This document shows positions 42,870 through 54,098 of a stretch of 64,000 bases of DNA, in pieces. The notes below the pieces were generated by a model, which searched no databases, was not told the DNA's origin, and saw only the letters and a list, made by a program, of their open reading frames with translations. A program made the position numbers and the translations under genes. The stretch comes from Eubacteriales bacterium OttesenSCG-928-K08. Lineage in GTDB: Bacteria > Bacillota > Clostridia > Christensenellales > CAG-138. Position 1 is the stretch's first letter; each line of letters begins with the position of its first letter. The stretch is taken from the NCBI GenBank assembly GCA_030266105.1, contig JAJDHH010000005.1, forward strand, positions 961-64,960, written 5' to 3'.

Positions 42870-44648
42870 TTAAACCTGCTGCTTCAGCTCGTTGATCTGC
42901 TGCATCAGCTGAATTTTTTCTTCAATGGTTAGTGTTTGTTCCAATGCCATTGCCTGCAACTTTGCAATTTGCTTAGCAGCGTCTATTTTGCGTATGCGCC
43001 GAATGCAATCTTGCGCGTAGGCAACGGGGTTTTTGTTGTCATCCCCCTCACCCTGCTGCATTCTGGCCGCTTCTGCGGCTGCTTGCGCATCCATCGGTTC
43101 AAGCATTCCCAACAGAACCGCAAAATCTACATCCTTGCCATTGTTAGCCGCATCGACCACACTGCGCGCCACGCTTAAGTAGGCCGGCACGGTAAACAAT
43201 TCATCCAATTGCGTGTTTTCCAGTGCAACAACACTCTCGCGCTTATTTATCAAAACGCTCAAAAGCATACGTTCAGCGAGCTGGCGTTCGCTATCCTCCG
43301 CCTGCAAACGCGCACGGTTTGCGTTCGCCCTTGCACGAAAATTTTCCGGTGGCAATCCGGATGAGGATAACAGCTTTCCCTGAGCCTGCAGCGCCTCGAC
43401 AGAAATTCCAGTATCCCGCGAGAGCTTTAAATAATAGCGCTCCTGCTCCACCGGCTGAAGTGAAGCGATAAATCTGCAGCCTTCCAGCGCAAAATCCTGC
43501 CGTCCATCCTCACTTGATAGGTCGTATTGCTCCGCCATGCGCATAAGCTTAAATGCGTTAAGCGCAAGGGATCTATCCCGCAAGGCTTCAAAGGCATCCT
43601 TGCCATGCTTGCGCACAAAATCGTCAGGATCCTGCCCTTGTGGCAAAACGATTACACGCACGGATAAACCTTCCGCCTGCAGCACATCCAAACCACGCAG
43701 GGTTGCGTTTTGTCCTGCCGCATCACCATCATAGGCAATGTAAGCCGTTGGCGCGTATCGCTTAATCAACCTTGCCTGCTGTGCCGTTAACGATGTCCCA
43801 AGCGACGCAACAGCGTTTGTAATCCCCGCCGCATGCAGGCTGATCGCGTCCATATAACCTTCCACAACCACAATATCCGAAGGTCGGGTGCTTTTAACAA
43901 CGTTTAGCGCATATAGGTTGCGGCGCTTGTTGTAAACCAAAGTATCGCTCGTGTTAATGTACTTGGGTAGCTGATCACCCATCGCCCTTGCGCCAAACCC
44001 CAAAACCCGGCCATTAACGCCTATAATGGGGAATATTACCCTATTACGAAACGCATCATACACCCTGCCGCCCTTTGCGCTGCGAACTGCCAGCCCAGCT
44101 TCCACAAGCTCTTCCTCGAAAAAACCCTCGCTTTTAAGGTGATCCATAAGCGCAGTCCAAGCTTCAGGTGCATATCCCAAGCCAAACTGTTGCACAATCT
44201 GCGCGTTTACGCCCCTTTTTGCGAAATACTTCCGCGCATCGAGGCCCTGCTTGTCCATCAGCTGCAAAAAATAGAATTTTGCTGCAAGCTTATTTGCCAG
44301 GTATTGCCGTTCCTTTTTTGCCCTATCCTTTTGCATCCGCTCATCATCTATGTTTTCGGGCAAATCCATTCCAACGCGTTGGGCAAGCATCGTAACGGCC
44401 TCAACAAAAGGCAAACGTTCCATTTCCATCACAAACTGCACAACGCCGCCGCCCGCGCCGCAGCCAAAGCAATAGTACATCTGCTTATCCGGCGCAACGG
44501 AGAAGGAGGGCGTTTTTTCGTTATGAAACGGGCAAAGCCCCCACAGGTTTTTTCCCTTACGCTTTAGCGTTACATAGGAGGAAACCACGGATTCAATATC
44601 GTTTTTGCTCAGCAGCGTGTCCATCCACGCATCGTTAAACCTTGCCAT
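42870..44648 (-). CDS. dnaG: DNA primase
   Basis: Zinc finger CPFHNEKTPSFSV..CFGCG and a Toprim region EGYMDAISL. Confidence 0.93.
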   Translation of the reverse strand: MARFNDAWMDTLLSKNDIESVVSSYVTLKRKGKNLWGLCPFHNEKTPSFSVAPDKQMYYCFGCGAGGGVVQFVMEMERLPFVEAVTMLAQRVGMDLPENIDDERMQKDRAKKERQYLANKLAAKFYFLQLMDKQGLDARKYFAKRGVNAQIVQQFGLGYAPEAWTALMDHLKSEGFFEEELVEAGLAVRSAKGGRVYDAFRNRVIFPIIGVNGRVLGFGARAMGDQLPKYINTSDTLVYNKRRNLYALNVVKSTRPSDIVVVEGYMDAISLHAAGITNAVASLGTSLTAQQARLIKRYAPTAYIAYDGDAAGQNATLRGLDVLQAEGLSVRVIVLPQGQDPDDFVRKHGKDAFEALRDRSLALNAFKLMRMAEQYDLSSEDGRQDFALEGCRFIASLQPVEQERYYLKLSRDTGISVEALQAQGKLLSSSGLPPENFRARANANRARLQAEDSERQLAERMLLSVLINKRESVVALENTQLDELFTVPAYLSVARSVVDAANNGKDVDFAVLLGMLEPMDAQAAAEAARMQQGEGDDNKNPVAYAQDCIRRIRKIDAAKQIAKLQAMALEQTLTIEEKIQLMQQINELKQQV

Positions 44649-44744
44649 CAAACGATCCCTTCTTCCGGTCTCCATGCTGTTACTGTTGCCGAATTATAGT
44701 TATTCGCCATATATGCGCATAATCCTTCTTTTTCTATGCCGCAA

Positions 44745-45755
44745 TTACGCGCCTGACCATTCGCGCGGCACAAAAAGCCGTTCATACTCACTGATCGCAT
44801 AGCGGTCGGTCATGCAGGCAATCCAATCCGCGGCAACCCGCTGCTTCCCATCCTGCTCGATGTTGGCAATAAACTCCGGCGGCAGCTTTTCGATGTTCTC
44901 AAGGCTGTATTCAAAAAGCGCGCGCACAACATGCTGCGCCTTTTTCTCCTCACTCTTTGCAACAGGGCTAAGATAAACATGCTCAAACATAAAATCTCTC
45001 AGCCCGTCAAAAGCCTCGCGCACCTGCTCAGACATTAGTATTTTCGGTTTGCCATCACTTTCGCTAACCACATCAATTATCATTGCATTTATCCGCTCAT
45101 TATGCGTAGTGCCGAGGATTTTATTGTATTTTTCGGGTATTTCGCTCTGCTTTAGCACACCGGCACGTATGGCGTCATCAATATCGTGGTTAATATAGGC
45201 TATTCGATCCGAAAGGCTAACAACCACGCCTTCAAGCGTTGCGGGTGTGCCTTTCTTTTTATGGTGAAGAATGCCATCGCAGACCTCAAGCGTGAGGTTT
45301 AAGCCCTGCCCTTCCTTTTCGAGCTTTTCAACAAGGCGCAGGCTTTGCACGTTGTGCTCAAAGCCATCGTCCATCAATTCGTTTAGCACTTCCTCGCCTG
45401 CGTGACCAAATGGTGTGTGCCCCAAATCGTGACCCATGGCGATTGCTTCTGTAAGATCCTCATTTAACCTCAGCGCTCTGGCAATCGTTCTGGCAATTTG
45501 AGAAACTTCAAGCGTGTGGGTTAGGCGTGTGCGGTAATGATCCCCCTGTGGGGAGAGAAAAACCTGCGTTTTGTGCTTAAGGCGCCTAAACGATTTGCAA
45601 TGGATGATCCGATCCCTGTCGCGCTGAAATTCGGTGCGTAAATCGCATTTTTGCATAGGAACGGCACGTTGCGCGTTTTGTGACAACGTTGCGTAATGCG
45701 ACAGTGTCGCCTGCTCTAATGCTTCTGTTCTTTCGCGGATTTTTTGTTTTTCCAT
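44745..45755 (-). CDS. dGTP triphosphohydrolase-like HD-domain protein
   Basis: HTLEVSQIARTIA...GHDLGHTPFGHAGE. Confidence 0.85.
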   Translation of the reverse strand: MEKQKIRERTEALEQATLSHYATLSQNAQRAVPMQKCDLRTEFQRDRDRIIHCKSFRRLKHKTQVFLSPQGDHYRTRLTHTLEVSQIARTIARALRLNEDLTEAIAMGHDLGHTPFGHAGEEVLNELMDDGFEHNVQSLRLVEKLEKEGQGLNLTLEVCDGILHHKKKGTPATLEGVVVSLSDRIAYINHDIDDAIRAGVLKQSEIPEKYNKILGTTHNERINAMIIDVVSESDGKPKILMSEQVREAFDGLRDFMFEHVYLSPVAKSEEKKAQHVVRALFEYSLENIEKLPPEFIANIEQDGKQRVAADWIACMTDRYAISEYERLFVPREWSGA

Positions 45756-45949
45756 GCTTTCACCACCTATATATATGTACGCCATTATTTTAAAAAATCC
45801 TTTATTCTGCCAAGGTTAAACGGATTAAAGTTTAAGCGCGTTTTTTCAGGCCAGCGCATGTTCAAAAAAGTTAAAAGTTTGGTTTGTCACGGCTTCTTGT
45901 GGTTGTTATAATGGTTGAAATGCTAATGGCTCTGGAGGTGGAATTACAT

Positions 45950-47158
45950 ATGATCGTTATGGTGATTAACAGCGGCAGCTCTTCCTTAAAATATCAGCTT
46001 TTTGAAATGAACGGTGGTAAAGTGCTGGCAAAGGGGCTTTGCGAGCGTATTGGAATCGATGGCCTACTCACCCACCAACCCGCCGGAAAAGATAAAATCG
46101 TGACCAAGCTTGACATGCCAAGCCACCAAAAGGCGATTGAGGCTGCAATGAGCGCGCTTATTTCAAAAGAACATGGGGTGCTTAAAAGCCTAAATGAAAT
46201 TAGCGCTGTTGGCCACAGAATCGGCCACGGTGGAATTTATTTTAGCGATTCAGTCAGGATTGACGATAGCGTGAAGGATGCCATTCGCCGCGTTATTCCG
46301 CTTGCGCCGCTGCACAATCCTGCGGCAATAATGGGCATTGAAGCATGTGAGGCTGTGCTTGGCAAGGAAATTGCGCAGGTAGCTGTGTGTGACACAGCTT
46401 TCCACCAAAGCATCCCTAAAAAAGCATATAGCTACTCCCTGCCCTTGGATTTATGTGAAAAGCACAACATCAGACGCTATGGTTTCCATGGCACCTCGCA
46501 TAAATATGTTGCTCAGCAGGCGGCAAGCTTTATCGGCCGACCATACGAGAGCCTGAACTTTATAACATGCCATTTAGGTAACGGTTCTTCCATAGCAGCA
46601 ATCGAAAAAGGCAAAAGCATTGATAACACCATGGGCATGACTGCCTTAGAGGGCTTGGTTATGGGCACGCGCTGTGGTGATATTGACCCCGGGGCGATTT
46701 CAAGTCTGCTGCGCGAGGAGCAGATTTCGGTTGAAAGGCTTGATGAAATTCTGTATAAAGAATCGGGCCTTCTTGGCTTATCGGGAATTAGCCCTGATGT
46801 GCGCGATATTGAGCTTGCAGCAAAGCAGGGGAACACAAACGCGCAAAACGCGTTGGATGTGCTTTGCTACCAAATTCGCAAATATATTGGCGCATACATG
46901 GCGGCGCTTGGCGGTGCGGATGCTGTTGTGTTCACCGCAGGTATTGGCGAAAACAGTGCGTTGGTGCGCGCAAACGCATTGCGCGGGCTTAACCGGCTTG
47001 GCATAGAATTTGACGAGGAACGCAACAACAATTGCAAGGGCGGGCCGGCGCTTATTTCAACGGATACTTCCCCAACACTTGTTCTGGTTATCCCAACCAA
47101 TGAGGAGTGGGTTATTGCAAACGATGCGTTGCGCTTATCCGGCCAGAAGCTGCAATAG
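45950..47158 (+). CDS. ackA: acetate kinase
   Basis: VINSGSSSLKYQLFEM. ATG follows GGAGGTG. Confidence 0.93.
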   Translation: MIVMVINSGSSSLKYQLFEMNGGKVLAKGLCERIGIDGLLTHQPAGKDKIVTKLDMPSHQKAIEAAMSALISKEHGVLKSLNEISAVGHRIGHGGIYFSDSVRIDDSVKDAIRRVIPLAPLHNPAAIMGIEACEAVLGKEIAQVAVCDTAFHQSIPKKAYSYSLPLDLCEKHNIRRYGFHGTSHKYVAQQAASFIGRPYESLNFITCHLGNGSSIAAIEKGKSIDNTMGMTALEGLVMGTRCGDIDPGAISSLLREEQISVERLDEILYKESGLLGLSGISPDVRDIELAAKQGNTNAQNALDVLCYQIRKYIGAYMAALGGADAVVFTAGIGENSALVRANALRGLNRLGIEFDEERNNNCKGGPALISTDTSPTLVLVIPTNEEWVIANDALRLSGQKLQ

Positions 47159-47266
47159 TGCCTTAACTTTTTTGCGCCACAAGCAGTTCATTGGTTTTTC
47201 ACTTGCGGCGCGTAGCAAAAGCGGGGTATAATATAAAGAAGAATTTAGCTAAAGGAGGGGGTACTA

Positions 47267-47677
47267 TTGATACGTGTACTCTTCGGCGAAAAAGGGGCGG
47301 GTAAAACAAAGCGTATTATCCAAATGGCAAACCAAACGCTCCTGGAGGCAAAAGGAAGTATCGTTTTTATTGATGACGACAGCCAGTATATGTATGAGGT
47401 CAAGCGCAGCATCCGTTTTGTAGACGCTTCCCACTTTGACATTGACGGCCCCAAAATGTTCTATGGCTTCCTTTGTGGCCTGGCAGCGCAGGATCATGAC
47501 CTTGAGCACTTATTCATCGATGGTTTTTTGAAAATCGTTCATCATGATTTGAACACCCTCGAAGGATTGTTTACGCAACTCGACAAATTTGCCGAAGATC
47601 GAAAAATTACCATAACTATAAGCATTAGCGGAAAGCCTGAGGATGTACCCGCGTTTTTGAAAGGATATGTTCTTTAA
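47267..47677 (+). CDS. small P-loop protein of unknown function
   Basis: Walker A GEKGAGKT and Walker B-like IVFIDDD. TTG start. Confidence 0.45.
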   Translation: MIRVLFGEKGAGKTKRIIQMANQTLLEAKGSIVFIDDDSQYMYEVKRSIRFVDASHFDIDGPKMFYGFLCGLAAQDHDLEHLFIDGFLKIVHHDLNTLEGLFTQLDKFAEDRKITITISISGKPEDVPAFLKGYVL

Positions 47678-47811
47678 CTTTCGGTTGCCACATGCTCTCT
47701 ATGGAATTATAATACTTTTAGCCGCCCAATGGCATCTTGATGCGCGGGCGGCTTTTAAAAGTTTCTATTTCTAAACAAATCGTATCACAATATGAAAATA
47801 AAGGAGACGAT

Positions 47812-49272
47812 ATGCAATATATCAGCACCCGGGGCGGCGAGCCGGTTTCCGCCGCAGAAGCCATCGTACGTGGAATATCTCCTTCGGGGGGCCTGTTTGT
47901 CCCGCAGGAATTCCCCAGCGTTCCCATGCAGAATTGGGTTAATCAGAATAACTACCCAACGCTTGCCGCAACAATCATGCAGCCATATCTGGACATGCCT
48001 GAAGAGCAATTGCTTGAGCTCACCAAAAGCGCCTACTCAAATAAGTTCGACGACCCCAATATCGCGCCAATTGTGAAGCTGGATGAAAAAGAATGCATAA
48101 TGGAGCTCTTCCACGGGCCCACGCTTGCCTTTAAGGACATGGCGCTGCAAATGCTTCCGTATTTGATGCGCCATTCCCTCGCTGAGGTTGGAGGGGGCAA
48201 GCAGGTGTACATACTCGTTGCTACCTCTGGCGACACCGGAAAGGCAGCGCTTGAGGGTTTTTGCGATGTTCCAGGAACGGCCGTGCATGTGTTTTACCCA
48301 CATGAGGGTGTAAGCCGCGCGCAATTGCTGCAAATGGTCACACAGCAGGGTAAAAACGTATATGTCTCCGGCGTGCATGGTAATTTTGACGATGCGCAGA
48401 CAGCCGTAAAATGTATATTTGCAAACGCCTCACTCAACCAGCAAATTAACGAAGCGGGCTTTAGCCTTTCATCGGCAAATTCAATCAACTTTGGCAGGCT
48501 GCTTCCACAAATTGCGTATTACTATTCAGCTTATGCAAAGCTCGTGCAAGATGGCTCCATTAAGCAGGGCGATAAAATCAACTTCTGCGTACCAACCGGA
48601 AACTTTGGTAACATACTGGCGGGCTATTATGCGTTACGCATGGGCCTGCCGATCAAAAAGCTAATCTGTGCATCTAACCGCAACAATGTGCTGACCGGAT
48701 TTTTCCAGGATGGCGTTTACAACGCTCGCCGTCCTTTCTACAAAAGTATGTCCTGCTCAATCGATATACTCGTTTCATCCAATCTTGAGCGGCTTCTGTT
48801 TGAGGCGGCAAACAGGGATGCTTCACAGGTATCTTCATGGATGCAGGCGCTTTCCGGCGATGGCTCATACCGAATAAGCGACGATGCAAAAAAGACACTT
48901 GGCAATGTGTTTTATGCCGACTGGTGCGATGAACAGCAAACGCTTGACACCATCCGCAAATATTTTGATAAGTACGGCTACCTCATGGATCCGCATACGG
49001 CGGTTGCGCAGACTGTGTTCGAACGCTATCGTGCGCAGGACGATACGCCGACAGTGCTTTTATCAACCGCCCACCCGTTTAAGTTCGCTTCGGATGTGCT
49101 TGGCGCGTTTGAAAAAGCGCAGGAGGATGAGTTTGAAAACGTTGCCCGCCTTAGCAAAATTACCGGCGTGAAAATTCCGGATTCTATTGCCGCGTTGGAA
49201 AACAGCCCTGTTATACATGATTTTGTTTGCGATTTAGCCGATATGCCCAAAAGAGTGTTGGATGTGCTGTAG
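47812..49272 (+). CDS. thrC: threonine synthase
   Basis: MQYISTRGG...FHGPTLAFKDMALQ. Confidence 0.9.
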   Translation: MQYISTRGGEPVSAAEAIVRGISPSGGLFVPQEFPSVPMQNWVNQNNYPTLAATIMQPYLDMPEEQLLELTKSAYSNKFDDPNIAPIVKLDEKECIMELFHGPTLAFKDMALQMLPYLMRHSLAEVGGGKQVYILVATSGDTGKAALEGFCDVPGTAVHVFYPHEGVSRAQLLQMVTQQGKNVYVSGVHGNFDDAQTAVKCIFANASLNQQINEAGFSLSSANSINFGRLLPQIAYYYSAYAKLVQDGSIKQGDKINFCVPTGNFGNILAGYYALRMGLPIKKLICASNRNNVLTGFFQDGVYNARRPFYKSMSCSIDILVSSNLERLLFEAANRDASQVSSWMQALSGDGSYRISDDAKKTLGNVFYADWCDEQQTLDTIRKYFDKYGYLMDPHTAVAQTVFERYRAQDDTPTVLLSTAHPFKFASDVLGAFEKAQEDEFENVARLSKITGVKIPDSIAALENSPVIHDFVCDLADMPKRVLDVL

Positions 49273-49326
49273 CAAGCTTATTCTCACGGATCTGCAATAA
49301 CCCCGCAAAAGAAAGGTTGTGCTCAA

Positions 49327-50142
49327 ATGAAGCTTGCGTTGTGCCAATTAGATGTTACGCCGGATAAGCAGGAGAATATCCGCCGCGCATATGATATGCT
49401 GCTGCGTGCCGCTGACTGTGGGGCGCAAATGGCGATTTTGCCGGAAATGTTTTCAATTGCGTATGTCGCAAGGTTGTTTGATGGCGCCGCTGAGGCCTGC
49501 CCGGATGGCGAATGCGGCAATATGCTTAGCAAGGCCGCAAAACAAACCGGCATGTTTATAATTGGCGGCTCAATTCCCGAGCGGGAAAACAACGGGCGCA
49601 TATTTAACACAAGCATGTCGTTTGGGCCTGATGGAAGCTTTTTGGGGAAATACCGCAAAGCGCATCTTTTTGATGTCGATGTGCCAGGAGCTTTTCGTTT
49701 TATGGAGTCAGATGCGATCGCACAGGGGGATGAATATCCCCTTGTGCTCGATGCCCCTCTTAAAACCGGAGTGAACATTTGCTTTGACATCCGCTTTCCT
49801 GAATGGGCACGGCTTGTTATGCAAAGCGGTTGTGATCTGCTGGCGCTGCCCGCGGCATTTTCACGCAACACCGGCCCCCGCCATTGGGAGTTGCTGCTGC
49901 GCGCCCGCGCGCTTGATAATCAATTGTTTGTCGCGGCTGTATCGCCTGCGCAATCGAAAAGCGCATATGGGCATTCCATGCTCGTTTCCCCTGATGGTAC
50001 TGTGCTACTCGATTGTGGTGAGGAAGAATGCGTGCGGGTTGTCGAGCTTGACCCAACGCTGCTTAGTGAAATGCGCCAGAGCATTCCTGTGCAAACCGCA
50101 AGGCGGCTTGATCTGTACCAGCTGACTAAAAAGGCTGAATGA
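49327..50142 (+). CDS. carbon-nitrogen hydrolase family protein
   Basis: Reads ..LPEMF.., YRKAHLFD and the catalytic Cys context GVNICFDIRFPEW. Confidence 0.85.
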   Translation: MKLALCQLDVTPDKQENIRRAYDMLLRAADCGAQMAILPEMFSIAYVARLFDGAAEACPDGECGNMLSKAAKQTGMFIIGGSIPERENNGRIFNTSMSFGPDGSFLGKYRKAHLFDVDVPGAFRFMESDAIAQGDEYPLVLDAPLKTGVNICFDIRFPEWARLVMQSGCDLLALPAAFSRNTGPRHWELLLRARALDNQLFVAAVSPAQSKSAYGHSMLVSPDGTVLLDCGEEECVRVVELDPTLLSEMRQSIPVQTARRLDLYQLTKKAE

Positions 50143-50182
50143 CCCCGGTTTAATTTATCCGAGCAAACATTAGGAGGCAGGC

Positions 50183-51835
50183 ATGGCTTATCAGGCGCTT
50201 TATCGAAAATACCGCCCGCAACGTTTTGAAGAAATTGTAGGGCAGGCTCATATTACAACCATACTCCAAAACCAGATTAAGCAGCAGCACGCGTCGCATG
50301 CCTATTTGTTTTGTGGCTCAAGAGGCACAGGCAAAACAAGCACCGCAAAAATCTTTGCGCGCGCATTAAATTGCCTTTCCCCTGAAGATGGCGAAGCCTG
50401 CGGCCGGTGCGATGCCTGCCTGGCTATGGATGAAAGCGCCAGCGTTGATATCGTTGAAATCGATGCGGCCTCCAACAATGGTGTGGATGATGTGCGCGCG
50501 CTTATCGAACAATCCCGCTTCACCCCACTCTCGCTCAAACACAAGGTCTATATAATCGACGAGGTTCACATGCTCACAGGCGCCGCATCCAATGCGCTGC
50601 TTAAAACGCTGGAGGAACCGCCCCGGCATGTGGTGTTTTTGCTTGCGACAACCGAGCCGCAAAAGCTGCTTGCAACAGTTATTTCACGCTGCCAGCGTTT
50701 TGATTTTCGTAGATTGGCCGTTGATGATATTGTTAAAACTGTTCAAAGCGTCGCCAGCCATGCCGGCGCACAGATTGATGAAGAAGGCCTGCTGGCCATT
50801 GCCCGTGCCGCCGATGGTGGCCTGCGCGACGCGCTCAGCCTGACAGACCAGTGCATTGCTTTTTGTGGAAATAATATTTCCGCGCAGGATGTATATAGCG
50901 TGCTGGGCGCAATGGACATGGACTTTATCTTTAACATCACCGATGCGCTAATTTCCTCCAACGCTGCAAGCGCCATTAAGCTTTTGGATGAGGTTGTGCA
51001 GGGCGGGCGCGATCTTGGCGTGCTGGTTTTGGATCTTTCACGGCATATTCATGCTTTGCTGCTCGCAAAAACATGTGGGGACTGTCGTGATCTTTTGGAC
51101 TGTACCCCAGAAACTATGCGCCGCTACATTAAGCAAGCCGAGCAAGCTTCAGAAGAGAGGCTGTTAAGAGCGCTCAATCAGCTTGCAAAAACACAAAACG
51201 ATATGAAATGGTTGGGTCAGCCGCGTGTTTTGCTCGACACAACACTGGTGCGCATATGCCGCGCTGAGGATGAAACCGACCTGATTGCATTAAAGGATCG
51301 TTTGGATATATTGGAGAAGAAGCTCGAAGGCGCTGTTTTTGCGCAGCCATCTTCTGCTCCTGAATCTATTTCTTACGATACCACACAACCCACCGATGAG
51401 GACTCCCCTCCTTGGGAGGAAACCACCGTGCCTCCAGTGGCTACGCCTGCAAAAAAACAAGCCCCTGCTGTCAGTGCGCCCGTTCCACAAAAGCATCCCG
51501 CTGAAAAAAAAGAAAATACCGGCATTGTCGATTATTGGGAGACTCTCAAAAAAGCGCTGCAAACTCGCAATCTTTCCCTATACGTGATTATGACATACGC
51601 GCAGAGTGCACAGCTTATTGATAACACATTGTTTGTGCGCTTTTCTCCTGCAAAAGAAAGCTCCGTCAATATGCTTAACAATCCCAAAAATCTTGCGATT
51701 TTAAAAGAAGAATTGCAAAAACTAAATCCGGAGCTTGGCATTTCCATCAGTGCGCAAAGTTCAGCAGAACAACCCCCTACACCTAAAGAGCTAAACGACC
51801 TGTTTGGCGACAAGCTAAGCATAGTTGAAGAATAG
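50183..51835 (+). CDS. dnaX: DNA polymerase III subunit gamma/tau
   Basis: YRPQRFEEIVGQ..GSRGTGKTSTAKIFARALNC. Confidence 0.93.
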   Translation: MAYQALYRKYRPQRFEEIVGQAHITTILQNQIKQQHASHAYLFCGSRGTGKTSTAKIFARALNCLSPEDGEACGRCDACLAMDESASVDIVEIDAASNNGVDDVRALIEQSRFTPLSLKHKVYIIDEVHMLTGAASNALLKTLEEPPRHVVFLLATTEPQKLLATVISRCQRFDFRRLAVDDIVKTVQSVASHAGAQIDEEGLLAIARAADGGLRDALSLTDQCIAFCGNNISAQDVYSVLGAMDMDFIFNITDALISSNAASAIKLLDEVVQGGRDLGVLVLDLSRHIHALLLAKTCGDCRDLLDCTPETMRRYIKQAEQASEERLLRALNQLAKTQNDMKWLGQPRVLLDTTLVRICRAEDETDLIALKDRLDILEKKLEGAVFAQPSSAPESISYDTTQPTDEDSPPWEETTVPPVATPAKKQAPAVSAPVPQKHPAEKKENTGIVDYWETLKKALQTRNLSLYVIMTYAQSAQLIDNTLFVRFSPAKESSVNMLNNPKNLAILKEELQKLNPELGISISAQSSAEQPPTPKELNDLFGDKLSIVEE

Positions 51836-51938
51836 TAAAATCAAAAATTCATAACGGGATAGTTGTTTGCCTGTGCCATCTTTTTGTGGTATACTTTGAG
51901 TGTATAAGTATGCCTATTTGGCGTTTTTGGAGGTAAGC

Positions 51939-52271
51939 ATGGCAAAAGGCGGCGGTTTTCCCGGCGGAATGAATATGCAGCAAATGATGAAGCAGGCGCA
52001 AAAAATGCAGCAGGATATGGCACGCATGCAGGAAGAATTGGGCGAGCGTGAATATACTGCGCAGGCTGGCGGCGGCGTGGTTAAAGCAACGGTTTATGGG
52101 CGAAAGGAGCTCAAAAACATTGAGATAGACCCCACATGCGTAGACCCTGACGATGTTGAAATGCTTCAGGATTTGATTACTGCGGCTGTCAACGAGGCCA
52201 TCCGCCTTGCTGATGAGCAAATGAACGAACAAATGGGGCAGTTAACCGGCGGAATGAAATTAGGTTTTTAA
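51939..52271 (+). CDS. ybaB: YbaB/EbfC nucleoid-associated protein
   Basis: MNMQQMMKQAQKMQQDM..., conserved dnaX-ybaB-recR order. Confidence 0.9.
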   Translation: MAKGGGFPGGMNMQQMMKQAQKMQQDMARMQEELGEREYTAQAGGGVVKATVYGRKELKNIEIDPTCVDPDDVEMLQDLITAAVNEAIRLADEQMNEQMGQLTGGMKLGF

Positions 52272-52273
52272 CA

Positions 52274-52873
52274 ATGTATTCAACTATTGAGCCAATTGCA
52301 AGGCTTTCATCACAGTTGGCGCGCCTGCCCGGAATAGGCAGCAAAACAGCGCAACGCCTTGCATACCACCTGCTGGATGTTCCCTCTGCTCAGGCAACGG
52401 AACTGGCCGACGCAATTACTAAAGCACGTGAGCTTGTGCATGATTGCCCAATTTGCGGCGGTTACACCGATGAAAGTCTCTGTGCCATATGCGCTGATAC
52501 TGCAAGAGATGCAAGCTCGCTTTGTGTTGTACAAGATGCGCGGGATATTGCCGCAATGGAAAAATCCCGCGAGTTTAACGGAAAATATCATGTGCTGCAC
52601 GGCTACATATCCCCCATGGATGGGATAGGACCCGAGGATATCCGGATTGAGGAGCTAATGGAACGCCTAAAGCAGGGAAACATTCTTGAAGTTATTTTGG
52701 CAACCAACCCGGATGTTGAGGGCGAAGCGACCGCAATTTACATCTCACGGCTTCTAAAAAGCCTCCCGGTTAAGGTCACCAGGCTTGCTCACGGCATCCC
52801 CATTGGTGGCAACCTTGAATACACCGATGAGATTACGCTTGCAAGAGCCTTGGCCGGGCGCAGGGAAATTTAG
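52274..52873 (+). CDS. recR: recombination protein RecR
   Basis: LPGIGSKTAQRLAYHLL and Zn finger CPICGGYTDESLCAIC. Confidence 0.95.
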   Translation: MYSTIEPIARLSSQLARLPGIGSKTAQRLAYHLLDVPSAQATELADAITKARELVHDCPICGGYTDESLCAICADTARDASSLCVVQDARDIAAMEKSREFNGKYHVLHGYISPMDGIGPEDIRIEELMERLKQGNILEVILATNPDVEGEATAIYISRLLKSLPVKVTRLAHGIPIGGNLEYTDEITLARALAGRREI

Positions 52874-53018
52874 CATTTGTGGGATATGCAAAGCATATGT
52901 TTTGGAAATACTGAAGCACGGAATAAAAAATTGTTCATTTATGAAACTTTTTTGAACGTAGCTGCGTTATTACAATAAACACATGATAAAACGTTTAACC
53001 CACAAAAGGAGGAAGTGT

Positions 53019-54062
53019 ATGAAAAACACCTGGCGAATTATAGTTTTGCCCCTGTTGTGTTGCTTCCTGTTCAGCGCGTGTTCAGCGCCATCCTCCTTTA
53101 CGCAGGGCACAGTTTCTTCAGCCGAAGAACGCGTTTTGACAGATGTGCGCACACAATATCGCAACGCAAGCCTGATTGTCAGAGGCGACTGCTGCTCAAC
53201 GCATATCAATTCCGATGGCCTCGAATGCCACGATATGGATGTTACTGAGGTTTTGGCCGGAAACGCTTCGGTAGGCGACCGTATCCATATTCCTAACGGA
53301 GGAATGACTAAAGATCAAAGCTATTTGCTTTTCCTTGGCGAGGGCGAAGATGTCCCCCACGCTGAGGATGTGACTGGCTACACTTTGCTGCTTGACGCAC
53401 CGTTGCCCATTGTTGATAGCGAAGTTATTTGGGAAGGTAAGCGACTTTCACTTAACGCACTTAAAGAAGAGCTTGAGCAGCTTGGAACTATAGTCAGTGC
53501 CCCTGCCCCTGTAAGCTATTACGATCAGCTTGATGCTTTAACAGAAGCTGCGGATGAAATCTTTATAGGCGAAATTGTGTCCTTGCCGGAAATGAGCACA
53601 TATTCACTTTCGATTCGCGATGGCGGCGCCACTGAAAAAGCACAATATGAGGCTTCGCTTGCGACCATTCGTGTGCGCGGCTCAATCAAAGGCTCTGTTG
53701 GCCGCTATAATTCCGAATTGCAGCTATTCTATTGCCCGGAGCGTGTGAGCGGCATGCTGGATGCAAGCACATTGCAGTTAACCCAGTTTGACAGCAGCAG
53801 CCTGCTTGAGCTAAAAGAAGGAGGAACCTATTTGTTCTTCCTGCTAAACAGTCCCGATGCTAAGCAGGACTACTACTTCCCCATTAATCCTATACAGGGT
53901 TTTGTGGAAATCTCGCAGGACGATCTATATGCTTCAAGCTCCAACACTCCAGTGTTGCCTTATGATACGCTCACAAGCCTTGTGCGCGCACTGCATGATG
54001 CGCTGGATTGGAGCCAGCCCGGTTACGAAGAAAAAACCCCGCCACTGGTGGTCGGGGAATAA
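53019..54062 (+). CDS. hypothetical lipoprotein
   Basis: MKNTWRIIVLPLLCCFLFSAC|SAPSS. Confidence 0.55.
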   Translation: MKNTWRIIVLPLLCCFLFSACSAPSSFTQGTVSSAEERVLTDVRTQYRNASLIVRGDCCSTHINSDGLECHDMDVTEVLAGNASVGDRIHIPNGGMTKDQSYLLFLGEGEDVPHAEDVTGYTLLLDAPLPIVDSEVIWEGKRLSLNALKEELEQLGTIVSAPAPVSYYDQLDALTEAADEIFIGEIVSLPEMSTYSLSIRDGGATEKAQYEASLATIRVRGSIKGSVGRYNSELQLFYCPERVSGMLDASTLQLTQFDSSSLLELKEGGTYLFFLLNSPDAKQDYYFPINPIQGFVEISQDDLYASSSNTPVLPYDTLTSLVRALHDALDWSQPGYEEKTPPLVVGE

Positions 54063-54098
54063 GCTCTGTGGATGTTATGGCAACCGGATTAGCAGTTT

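Noticed and set aside
49323-49871. 182-aa ORF antisense to the carbon-nitrogen hydrolase gene
   Set aside because: It is the shadow frame of a gene with clear catalytic motifs on the plus strand.
51503-51513. A-run (GAA AAA AAA GAA) in dnaX as an E. coli-style gamma-subunit frameshift site
   Set aside because: The -1 frame continues for about 35 codons instead of stopping promptly. No downstream stem-loop is evident, and the mechanism is not established for Firmicutes. Judged coincidental.
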